Assembly (NCBI GenBank): GCA_010672785.1
Contig: JAAHFX010000009.1
Coordinates: 2,690-66,689 of the forward strand
Length of the DNA stretch: 64,000 bases
Direction of reading: 5' to 3'
Source of the DNA: Sphaerospermopsis sp. SIO1G1
Lineage (GTDB): Bacteria; Cyanobacteriota; Cyanobacteriia; Cyanobacteriales; Nostocaceae
The position numbers and the translations under genes were made by a program. The notes beneath the pieces were generated by a model. The model saw nothing but the letters and a program-made list of their open reading frames with translations, ran no database searches and was not told where the DNA came from. Below are positions 18,859 through 27,850 of the stretch, piece after piece (the first letter of the stretch is position 1; each line of letters begins with the position of its first letter).

Positions 18859-19974
18859 ATGGAATCCATATTTAACGCGCTGAATAGCTTAGATTATTCC
18901 AATGTTCCGATTGGGAAGATATCAGCTGTAATTGTAGTCATAACAGTCACACAAACATTAAGAAGATTTGTCTTAGGAATTATTGTTAAAACTATTGAAA
19001 AATTCACCAGTCAGACGGAAACGACACTGGACGATGAATTAATTGCCATTCTTAAACCAGCATTGAATTGGCTCATTTTTATTAGTGGATTTTGGATAGT
19101 TAAGGAAATTATTTCCGAGGATTTAGGTCCAAAACTGGCTGAAAGTATTGGTAAAGCACTGAACCTAATAGTGGTTTTTATTATCGCCTATGTTGTTTAC
19201 CGCTCTGCATCAATTTTAGGACAACTAATTGCTAACTTTGTTTTACACACGGAAACTGAACTTGATGAATTACTGAAGCCATTAATGCCTAAGATTTTTC
19301 AAGCCGTAGCAATTATTGTGATTGCAATTAAAACTAGTGAGATATTTTTAGGACAATCTGCGGGAGCTTTAGTTGGTTTACTCGGTGGTGCGGGGCTGAC
19401 AATAGGACTACTATTTAAAGATATTGTTTATGATTGGTTTTGTACAATTATTATCTATTCAGATAATCTCTACAGAGAAGGTGATTGGGTGGGAATATCA
19501 GGGGTAGATGGTTTTGTTGAAATCAAAAATATAGGCTTTAGAACTACCACTTTACACCTAGCTAAGTGGGGATCAATCGTAAAAATGCCCAATTCTCGGA
19601 TGATCACTGGAATTGTCGACAATTGGTCTCAGAATCCAGGAGAAGAACTCAGATGGGGTTTAGCAACAACTATCAGAATTGACGGTATTTCTGCCAAACA
19701 AACTGCTAGGATTTGTGATGCTATGGAAGAAATGCCAAAATCAATAGCAGGTTTTGATCCTAGTTGTCTAGTTCGCTTCAAGAAAATTGAAGGAAATGCC
19801 CGTGTTCTTGAAATTATGGCATTTGTGAATGATGATAATCTTTATTTGGCCGCAGAGAGAAACTTACATTTAGCCATCTTAGAACTTTTAGAACAAGAAG
19901 GTATAGACTCTCTCTATGTGGAGTTAATTACAGAAACAGGAAAGTATAATCCCAGTCCAAGTTTCAACAATTAA
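18859..19974 (+). CDS. Mechanosensitive ion channel, MscS family
   Basis: TM helices; GGAGLTIGLLFKD...YREGDWV...IGFRTT...PNS. Confidence 0.88.
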   Translation: MESIFNALNSLDYSNVPIGKISAVIVVITVTQTLRRFVLGIIVKTIEKFTSQTETTLDDELIAILKPALNWLIFISGFWIVKEIISEDLGPKLAESIGKALNLIVVFIIAYVVYRSASILGQLIANFVLHTETELDELLKPLMPKIFQAVAIIVIAIKTSEIFLGQSAGALVGLLGGAGLTIGLLFKDIVYDWFCTIIIYSDNLYREGDWVGISGVDGFVEIKNIGFRTTTLHLAKWGSIVKMPNSRMITGIVDNWSQNPGEELRWGLATTIRIDGISAKQTARICDAMEEMPKSIAGFDPSCLVRFKKIEGNARVLEIMAFVNDDNLYLAAERNLHLAILELLEQEGIDSLYVELITETGKYNPSPSFNN

Positions 19975-20004
19975 ACACCTGTAAAAATATCGAGTATACA
20001 GATC

Positions 20005-20610
20005 ATGAAAACCAAAAACACTACTACTAACATCAACACGATTTATCCCAATAAAATCTGGACAAAAGTATTACTAATTACAGGGATAATTTTTTGTACA
20101 TCTTCTATGTATTCTTCTCCCGTTCAAGCTCAATCAAAAATTGACCAAGGAATTAACAACGACAAAATTTTAATAGCCCAAACTCTAGGAGGAATCATCC
20201 GCAAAATTCCTATTTCTGAAGTTCCACTTCCAGCCATGTCAGCGGCAAAAACAGTCACAAATGCTCAGTTTAACCAAGCTAGAATTGAACTGCAATCAGA
20301 GGGTTCTTCGATCTATGTACTCAGAGGTAAAAATCAACAAGGTTTTGAAGTAGAAGTGCAAGTTTCTCCTAGCGGAACAATTATGCAAGTAGACGAACAA
20401 ATAGATCCCACTTCAGTACCAGAAATTGCTGTTAGATCTTTTAAAAGATGGGCCCCCAATGATCCTCTGTTAAGTATTTGGCGTAGTACCAGACTAGGGG
20501 AATTATACTACCAATTTGTGATTGAGGAATTTTGGTTAGAAGTCTCCACCGATGGAGAAAAAGTTATTATTTATGACAGAACAAAATTGACACAGAGTTT
20601 AGGCAGATGA
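20005..20610 (+). CDS. Secreted protein with PepSY-like (BLIP-like) repeats
   Basis: Signal peptide AQS; two units beginning ISEVPLPA... and PTSVPEIA..., each followed by Y-x-x-x and EV-x-V-S-x-x-G. Confidence 0.55.
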   Translation: MKTKNTTTNINTIYPNKIWTKVLLITGIIFCTSSMYSSPVQAQSKIDQGINNDKILIAQTLGGIIRKIPISEVPLPAMSAAKTVTNAQFNQARIELQSEGSSIYVLRGKNQQGFEVEVQVSPSGTIMQVDEQIDPTSVPEIAVRSFKRWAPNDPLLSIWRSTRLGELYYQFVIEEFWLEVSTDGEKVIIYDRTKLTQSLGR

Positions 20611-20862
20611 GGTAAATATCATCATTAGCTGATAACTAGTCATTTTAGACACAGATAATTTTAGGTTTGGGATAAAAGTTAAGGTAGGAAATAAAAAGCA
20701 AGATTCAAACCACAGCATTGATGGAAATCATCAAACTATTTCTACCAAAGCTGCTAAGTTCCAAACCTGAAATTTTCCGGATCAATAATCATCAAATTTA
20801 TAAAACATCACTAAATCTCCGTTAACTATTAAAAACAAAATTTAACATAAAATATATAAAAT

Positions 20863-22443
20863 ATGGACATTTTAATCATTCTAGCTGAAGTTTTTTTAGT
20901 CATTCTATTTTTCATCATCCTGAGATTAATGGTGGCTAGTTCATTTAAGATATTAACTAGATTATCAATACTCAAGGGTGACAATTTAAAAATAAAAATA
21001 TTACGCCGTAACATCACTGGATTGTTGTTGCTGATATGTTTATTATTATGTACTGCTATTATCGGTATTAATAGTTTTCTCATCTATCAGGGGGAAAATC
21101 TCCAAGAATATACAATCAACCTCATTAATCAGATTCCTACTGGATTTTGGTTTGAATTGGGAAAAGGAATTGCTCAATGCTTTGTTTTGGTATTTGTAGC
21201 ATTTCTAGCTGTCAAGTTGACAAAATATTTATTCAAAAAAGCTAGTAATAAAGCTAAGAGATTTACAGAAAGCATCGCAGATGATGAAAGTATTGATGCT
21301 TTTTTTACCGCCCTTAATACAAGAATGAAAGTAGGAATTTGGATATGGGTTGTGATTGCCTGTACCCAATTCTTGCGTTTACCCATAGTAATCTTAGAAT
21401 ATTTATACATTGGACTGCGAATTTATCTAATTATTGCGGTAGGATTACTAATACTTAAAGCAGTAGATGCAATTGTTGACACTATAGATGTTCTGAGTGT
21501 CAGATACTCCAGTCCTGATCAAATATTGAGATTTTATGATCCCCTCAAACATCTGATTCCATTTTTAAAAAGATGTTTAGAATTGGTAATTTATGTCTGC
21601 ATACTAACATTAGTAATTCAGCAGGTAAAACTAATAGCTAACTTAGCAGGTTTTGGAGTTAAAATTATCCAAATTATCGCTATTATTTTTATCAGTCGTG
21701 TTATTTTCCAAGTAATTTGTTTACTGATGGAAGAGTTTTTATTACGAGATAATAGTTTAACTGATACCCAAAGAAGTAGACGTTTAACTCTAATTCCTTT
21801 ATTCCGCAGTTTATTACAATATCTTACTTACTTTACGGCGGCGGTTTCCATTCTCTATATTCTTAATATTAATCCCACTCCAATTTTAGCCGGTGCTGGT
21901 ATTGTTGGTCTCGCTGTAGGTTTAGGAGCGCAAACACTAATTAATGATATGGTTTGTGGGTTTTTTATTTTGTTTGAAAACTATTACTTAGTAGGTGATT
22001 ATATTCAGACAGTGAAAGAAGAAAGAACATTAGAAGGCGTTGTGGAAGCAATAGAATTGAGAACAACTCGAATTAGACATCCCAATGGACAATTGTATAT
22101 TATCCGTAATGGAGAGATTGGCTCAATTACAAATTATTCTAAAGATTACATCTTTGCTGTAGTAGAACTTAATGTACCTCATGATTCTGATTTAGCTGCT
22201 ATAGCTCAAAAAATTGAAGCAATAGGTAAACAATTACAAGTGAATGATCCTAATATACTTGAACCTACTTTTGTAGATGGTATAGAAAGTATTGGTGAGT
22301 CTAACTTGTTATTGCGAACTTTGACAAAAATGAAACCAGGACAACATCTTCAAGTACAGCGTACTCTTCGGAAAATTTATATAGATACTTTTTTAGCAGA
22401 GGGAATTTTACTTTCTACAGCTAATGAAGATAGCAATGATTAA
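20863..22443 (+). CDS. Mechanosensitive ion channel, MscS family, with extended N-terminal membrane region
   Basis: LAGAGIVGLAVGLGAQTLINDMVCGFFILFENYYLVGDYI...LRTTRIR...IIRNG. Confidence 0.9.
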   Translation: MDILIILAEVFLVILFFIILRLMVASSFKILTRLSILKGDNLKIKILRRNITGLLLLICLLLCTAIIGINSFLIYQGENLQEYTINLINQIPTGFWFELGKGIAQCFVLVFVAFLAVKLTKYLFKKASNKAKRFTESIADDESIDAFFTALNTRMKVGIWIWVVIACTQFLRLPIVILEYLYIGLRIYLIIAVGLLILKAVDAIVDTIDVLSVRYSSPDQILRFYDPLKHLIPFLKRCLELVIYVCILTLVIQQVKLIANLAGFGVKIIQIIAIIFISRVIFQVICLLMEEFLLRDNSLTDTQRSRRLTLIPLFRSLLQYLTYFTAAVSILYILNINPTPILAGAGIVGLAVGLGAQTLINDMVCGFFILFENYYLVGDYIQTVKEERTLEGVVEAIELRTTRIRHPNGQLYIIRNGEIGSITNYSKDYIFAVVELNVPHDSDLAAIAQKIEAIGKQLQVNDPNILEPTFVDGIESIGESNLLLRTLTKMKPGQHLQVQRTLRKIYIDTFLAEGILLSTANEDSND

Positions 22444-22536
22444 TTTTCTATAATCTTATTTACATTCCTAACCTCTTGCAATTATTATTCATATCAAGTT
22501 AAATGAATTTTATGAAGCAAATGGAGCTAAATACCT

Positions 22537-25110
22537 ATGAAAAATTTTAACACAGTATCTACTAAATACTCAAAATTTATAACTGCTACTTTAGTCGGTG
22601 CAACAACTACTATTTTTACAGCTAATACTGCATTTGCTCAAGTATTGAGAGGTGCTGGTGATGGTTTTGTAGAACCATTGCTAGAAAGTTATCGCCAAGA
22701 ATATGAAAAAGAAACAGGTGAAAAATTCAAATATACTGCTGTTGGTAGCGGTGGAGGAATTAGATTTTTTATTAATGACTCTGTAGATTTTGCTGCTACT
22801 ACTTTAATTCCTAGCCCCATTGAAATCAATCAAATGAAAGATGGTGCATTAATGTTGCCAACAGGGGGCGGTAGTATATCTGTTATTTATAATTTGCAAG
22901 AAGTTAGTAGCACGGTGCAATTATCCCGTGAAAAATTAGCGAAAATATTCACAGGTGAAATCACAAATTGGCAACAGGTAAATCCTAGATTTCCGAATCT
23001 AGAAATTCAAGTAGTAACTTGTGCTAAAAATTGTAGCACCAATTTTATTCTTACCAAATATCTCAATAAAATTACTGGGGGAAAAATATTACCTAGTAGA
23101 AATCCAGAATGGAGTTTTCCGATTTTTTCAGAATTAACAGATGACAGTGCGATCGCTGGCGAAGTACGCAGAACCGATGGAGCAATTGGTTATGTACAAA
23201 CTAGTGTAGCAATGAGAGAAAATATTACGATTGCTAGTCTGGAAAATAAGAGTGGTAATTATGTTCAACCAACTTTAGCAGAAACAAGAAAAGCCTTAGC
23301 AAATGTCAAATTCAGTAGTGATTTTACCACCGAAGATATTCAAGATCCAGAAAGTGGTTATCCTTTGGTGAGTTTAACTTGGCTATTACTTCCTCAAAGG
23401 TATGATGATCCAGAAGTTCTCGCCAAAACCCAAAAATTATTAGGATGGATTTTTACCCAAGGACAACAATTAAATCAAAATTTAGGATATACAAAAGTTC
23501 CTGATGAAATTAATAAAAAAGCCATTGCAGCCATTAAAAATCAATTACAAGTTGGTTCTGTAGCAGGAGTTAGCGGCAACAATTTAAAATTAAATTATAT
23601 CGGTAATTTATATGATAATGCTCCCAGTAATGTCCGACCAATTGTTAATGTCAACAAATTAGTAGATGTGAGTCCTCAACATTGGGCTTATTCAGCATTG
23701 AATGATTTGGCTGAACAACATCAATGTTTGAGTGGTACTTCTCGCAATACTTTTTCTGGGAATAGATCATTAAGTCGCCATGAATTTGCATTTATGTTAC
23801 ATTCCTGTTTATGGCAAATTAGACTTTCCTTAGATGATTTAAGAAAAAATAAAATTGCTGATGAAGATGATTTAGCAGTTGTACAAAGATTACAAACAGA
23901 ATTTAGTCAAGAACTAGAACAAGTATCCCAGAGAGTAGATAACTTAGAATCAAAAACAGCCACAATTCAAGCCCAGCAATTTAGTACAACTACTGTTTTA
24001 AAAGGCAGAGTTGATTTTAATGCCATTAGTGGTTTTGGTGATCGCAAAGCAGTACCTCCTGGTACTAATAACGCTGAAAAATTAACAGCAAATCCCACCT
24101 TTTCTGGCAGAGCATCATTAACTCTAGATACCAGTTTTACAGGTAAAGATAAACTGCAAACTCAACTAGTTGCAGGGAATATTAATAACCTCAGTAGTGC
24201 GATCACAGGCACAGATATGACAAGGTTAATCGGTGCTACAAACACAGGTAATGATGTGATATTGGGAACAATATATTATCAATTTCCTGTAGGAGATAAA
24301 GGCATAATTGCGATCGCACCAGCAGCAGATTTTCCTACTCGTATTTTTCCTGCACTTAACCCAGTCAGTTCCATTTCTAACTTTGGTGCAGAAAGTCCCA
24401 TTTATTCCTTTGCATTTGGTAGTGGTGCAATCGGTTACTATCAATTTAGTGATCAATTAGCAGCAGGAATTAGTTATTTAAGTCTTTCGGGTAATGATCC
24501 CAGTGAAGGAGGATTATTTGGGGGACAATATACCCTATTAAGTCAAATAACTTATACCCCATCAGATCAGCTAGGTATTGCTTTTACCTATGGTAATTAT
24601 TATGCACCCAGACCAGGATCAAGTCTTAATGTAACTGGTAGTAAAGGTAGTGAATTTGGTCAATTACCATTTGGAGGAGATACACCTACTTCTTCCAATG
24701 CTTTTGGTTTACAACTAACCTATAAAATCACTGATAAATTAGTGTTGGGCGGTTGGACAAGCTATTTTAATACAGAAAGCCAAGCCACAGCTAATTTGAA
24801 TGGAGTTAACTTTGATGCTGGTGCTAATGCAGATATTTGGAGTTGGGCAGTCACAGCATCCTTAACAGATATAGCTAAATCAGGTAGTCAGTTAAGTTTT
24901 GTATTTGGAATGCCACCTAAAGTTACAAGCAATGATATCTTGCAACGACAGGATCAAGATACTTCCTTACATTTTGAATTATCTTATCGTTACCCATTAA
25001 CAGAAAGAATTAATCTTACCCCTGGATTTTTAATGATTACTAATCCAGAACATAATAACGCTAATGATACAATCTGGGTAGGATTATTGAGAACCTCATT
25101 TAGTTTTTGA
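22537..25110 (+). CDS. Fusion of a PstS-fold substrate-binding domain with an SLH domain and OprB-type (carbohydrate/iron-uptake) porin
   Basis: One signal peptide (TAFA/Q). Residues ~35-337 are PstS-like (GAG, VGSGGG, DGAIGYV, GYPLVSLTWLL). Then SLH-like DVSPQHWAYSALNDL...LSRHEFA, a coiled coil, QFSTTTVLKG and a beta-barrel ending in ...RTSFSF. Confidence 0.88.
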   Translation: MKNFNTVSTKYSKFITATLVGATTTIFTANTAFAQVLRGAGDGFVEPLLESYRQEYEKETGEKFKYTAVGSGGGIRFFINDSVDFAATTLIPSPIEINQMKDGALMLPTGGGSISVIYNLQEVSSTVQLSREKLAKIFTGEITNWQQVNPRFPNLEIQVVTCAKNCSTNFILTKYLNKITGGKILPSRNPEWSFPIFSELTDDSAIAGEVRRTDGAIGYVQTSVAMRENITIASLENKSGNYVQPTLAETRKALANVKFSSDFTTEDIQDPESGYPLVSLTWLLLPQRYDDPEVLAKTQKLLGWIFTQGQQLNQNLGYTKVPDEINKKAIAAIKNQLQVGSVAGVSGNNLKLNYIGNLYDNAPSNVRPIVNVNKLVDVSPQHWAYSALNDLAEQHQCLSGTSRNTFSGNRSLSRHEFAFMLHSCLWQIRLSLDDLRKNKIADEDDLAVVQRLQTEFSQELEQVSQRVDNLESKTATIQAQQFSTTTVLKGRVDFNAISGFGDRKAVPPGTNNAEKLTANPTFSGRASLTLDTSFTGKDKLQTQLVAGNINNLSSAITGTDMTRLIGATNTGNDVILGTIYYQFPVGDKGIIAIAPAADFPTRIFPALNPVSSISNFGAESPIYSFAFGSGAIGYYQFSDQLAAGISYLSLSGNDPSEGGLFGGQYTLLSQITYTPSDQLGIAFTYGNYYAPRPGSSLNVTGSKGSEFGQLPFGGDTPTSSNAFGLQLTYKITDKLVLGGWTSYFNTESQATANLNGVNFDAGANADIWSWAVTASLTDIAKSGSQLSFVFGMPPKVTSNDILQRQDQDTSLHFELSYRYPLTERINLTPGFLMITNPEHNNANDTIWVGLLRTSFSF

Positions 25111-25149
25111 TGATCCAGAAATTATAAATTATATATTTTACAAAGAATC

Positions 25150-25647
25150 ATGATGAGACCACAACCTATAACACCAAAACCAGGACAAGAATCTGTTTGG
25201 GACTATCCCCGTCCAGCAATTTTACAAGATACCGATAAGCACCTCAAAGTAATTTGTAATGGTATTGTTTTAGCCGAAACTACTAGAGCTAAAAGAGTAT
25301 TAGAAACCAGTCATCCACCTACTTATTATTTTCCACCAGAAGATATTAAAATAGAATATCTAATAGCCACACCTAGAAAGACTTTATGTGAATGGAAAGG
25401 TAGATGTCAGTATTATGATCTTTCCATAGAAGGCAAGTATATAAATACCGCAGCTTGGCGATATTTTGATGCCACTCCTGATTTTGTTCCCATTCAAGAA
25501 TATTATGGTTTGTATGCCAGTGTCATGGATGCTTGTTATGTAAATGATGAGTTAGTTATTCATCAAGCTGGCGATTTTTATGGTGGATGGATCACTGCGG
25601 ATATTGTTGGCCCATTTAAAGGTGAAGCTGGTACTTGGGGATGGTAA
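25150..25647 (+). CDS. DUF427 domain protein
   Basis: ESVWDYPRP, VLETSHPPTYYFP, CEWKG, FYGGWIT. Confidence 0.9.
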   Translation: MMRPQPITPKPGQESVWDYPRPAILQDTDKHLKVICNGIVLAETTRAKRVLETSHPPTYYFPPEDIKIEYLIATPRKTLCEWKGRCQYYDLSIEGKYINTAAWRYFDATPDFVPIQEYYGLYASVMDACYVNDELVIHQAGDFYGGWITADIVGPFKGEAGTWGW

Positions 25648-25742
25648 ATAATCAGCCATAATTCAGAATAGAATTATTTTTCGTTAGGTTGGGTGAAGCT
25701 ATAGTGCAACCCAACAAAATTCATTAAATCTTAAATTTACTC

Positions 25743-25830
25743 AGGACTTACGCAGAAGTTACGGAAGAATAAACCACGAAGGAAAGGATACGAAAATCAG
25801 AAAGTTGGAGAAATATTTTGCGTAAGTCCT
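25743..25830. mobile_element. MITE-like repeat, family A
   Basis: AGGACTTACGCA...TGCGTAAGTCCT termini. Confidence 0.8.
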
Positions 25831-25896
25831 ATTACTAATGTTAATCTAATCTACATGATCATAATTCACATTATTATATAGACAATAACTTAAATA

Positions 25897-27252
25897 ATGA
25901 AAATTTCAGTAGTTAAAATTGAGAATTTGACAGTTCATGAACATCATCTAGATATTCTCTATAGTGCTGATAAATTTAATTTTTCCACTAAGATTTTTTA
26001 TCATGATGTTTCTTTTTCTGGGTTAATTAGCAAATACTCTCAACCCTTTATCCAGAAAATTGCTGCCCATATAGCCTTATTTGAAGGGATGAAACTATGT
26101 TCTCTCTTCCCACAGTTTTATGATATTTCTAATATTGCTGAATATTTAGAACCCCCAGTTATAGACTTGTTTGTGCAAATATATCAAGGGGTATTTGGGC
26201 AACATTGGTATGAAAATAATATTACCGACTATCAACAACCAGAAATTATTTACTCCCAAGAATTAGGAGTAAGTCAACCTCTGGCAATTTTAGATGAGAA
26301 TGAAACTATTCTCGCTGGTTGTGGTGGTGGTAAAGATAGTATTGTTGCTATGAAAATGTTAGAAGCAGCAAACATTGATTTTGCTTCCATGCAGTATTCC
26401 CATAGCGTTTATGGAAAAGCTGATTTTCAGCATGAGTTAATATCTCAAGTTGTCGAAGATTTGCAACCAAATAATAAACATCAAATCTCTATTTTTGATG
26501 ATTTTACAGACTTTCCATTTCTGCAATTGTATTTTTCTCAAAATTCCGGTATTACTGCACCAGAAACACCAGTATCAATTTTTGAATCTTTGATTTTAAT
26601 GTTAGATAAAGGATATAAATATTTATGTTTAGCACATGAAAAAAGTGCAAACACTGGTAATTTATTTTGGGATGAAATCGGCAAAGAAGTGAATCATCAA
26701 TGGGGTAAAGGTTTAGAAGCAGAAGAGATTTTAGATCAATTTATTCAAAATCACCTAATAACTAACTTCAAATATTTTAGTATTTTACAACCAATTTACG
26801 ATTACCGCATTTTCCAAAACTTTAGTCAATATCCTGAATTTATAACCAAAACTCATTCATGTAATATCAAAAAACCCTGGTGCAAAAAATGTCCTAAATG
26901 TGCCTATGTTTGGTTAGGAATGATGGCATTTTCACAGCAAAACTTAGTCAATGAAGTTTTTGAAAATAACTTATTTGATGATGAAGATTTACTTCCTACC
27001 TTCCGCCAAATGGTAGGTTTAGGTGAACACACACCCTTTGAATGTATTGGTGAAATTGAAGAAAGTCGGTTATTGATGAAAAGATGTTTAGAAAGGGGTT
27101 TAACTGGGAAAGCTTTGGATATGTTTACTGAAGAGATTTTATCAAAAAGTAAAATTAATTGGCAGAAAATAGAAGATAAATATAATTACGTTTACGCAAC
27201 AGAACACGCTATTCCTGATTGGATATTTGAGAGAATTAAGGAACTGTTTTAA
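25897..27252 (+). CDS. MurL-like (UDP-MurNAc-L-Ala-L-Glu epimerase family) PP-loop protein
   Basis: GGGKDS PP-loop; HEKSA...EVNHQWGKG; YFSILQP; HSCN...WCKKCPKC; FENNLFDD; HTPFECIGE..ESR in the order found in MurL. Confidence 0.72.
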   Translation: MKISVVKIENLTVHEHHLDILYSADKFNFSTKIFYHDVSFSGLISKYSQPFIQKIAAHIALFEGMKLCSLFPQFYDISNIAEYLEPPVIDLFVQIYQGVFGQHWYENNITDYQQPEIIYSQELGVSQPLAILDENETILAGCGGGKDSIVAMKMLEAANIDFASMQYSHSVYGKADFQHELISQVVEDLQPNNKHQISIFDDFTDFPFLQLYFSQNSGITAPETPVSIFESLILMLDKGYKYLCLAHEKSANTGNLFWDEIGKEVNHQWGKGLEAEEILDQFIQNHLITNFKYFSILQPIYDYRIFQNFSQYPEFITKTHSCNIKKPWCKKCPKCAYVWLGMMAFSQQNLVNEVFENNLFDDEDLLPTFRQMVGLGEHTPFECIGEIEESRLLMKRCLERGLTGKALDMFTEEILSKSKINWQKIEDKYNYVYATEHAIPDWIFERIKELF

Positions 27253-27298
27253 ATCTCAATATCCTGATGCAGACAATTTCATTTGCTCTAATTCCAAT

Positions 27299-27405
27299 TA
27301 CAGCACTTTCCTGCGTCATGAGGTACATTGTTGGCGGACAAGATGCCCACCCCACAAGAGTTTCATAATTATGATTTGTACCTCATAGCAACGAAATCTG
27401 CTGTA
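27299..27405 (-). mobile_element. 107-bp MITE-like repeat, family B (inverted copy)
   Basis: Reverse complement matches 10699-10805 and 18217-18323. Confidence 0.85.
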
Positions 27406-27439
27406 TGAAATATAGTTAGGACTTACGCAAAATATCTAT

Positions 27440-27826
27440 TTAAAACTTAACCGTTACAGCTGTAATAGCTAAAACAACCCAACCAGCAATTAATGCTGTT
27501 CCTCCTAATGGCGCGATCGCACCTAAAGATTTAATTCCTGTTAAACTCAGAACATATAAACTGCCAGAAAAAATTACCACTCCCACAATAAATAACCAAC
27601 CACTTGCAACAAGAGTCATTGGTGGGTTTTCTAACCTACTCATGAAAATACCCACTAACAACAATGCCAGAGCATGATACATTTGGTAACGCGCACCAGT
27701 ATCAAAAATTTCTAGCATTCTTTCACTGACTTTATCCCGCAAAGCATGAGCGCCAAAAGCACCTCCAGCTACAGATAAACCACCGAAAATAGCAGCTATA
27801 GTTATAAAAATCTGAGTCATAATCAT
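27440..27826 (-). CDS. DUF423 (YgdD/TMEM256) membrane protein
   Basis: GAFGAHAL, YQMYHALALL, FSGSLY, APLGG. Confidence 0.9.
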   Translation of the reverse strand: MIMTQIFITIAAIFGGLSVAGGAFGAHALRDKVSERMLEIFDTGARYQMYHALALLLVGIFMSRLENPPMTLVASGWLFIVGVVIFSGSLYVLSLTGIKSLGAIAPLGGTALIAGWVVLAITAVTVKF

Positions 27827-27850
27827 CTAGTTAGTTATTAGAAAAATCCA

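Noticed and set aside
22443-22537. Pho (SphR) box upstream of the PstS-porin fusion
   Set aside because: At most one partial PyTTAAPyPy-like unit (CCTAACCT), with no spaced tandem repeats
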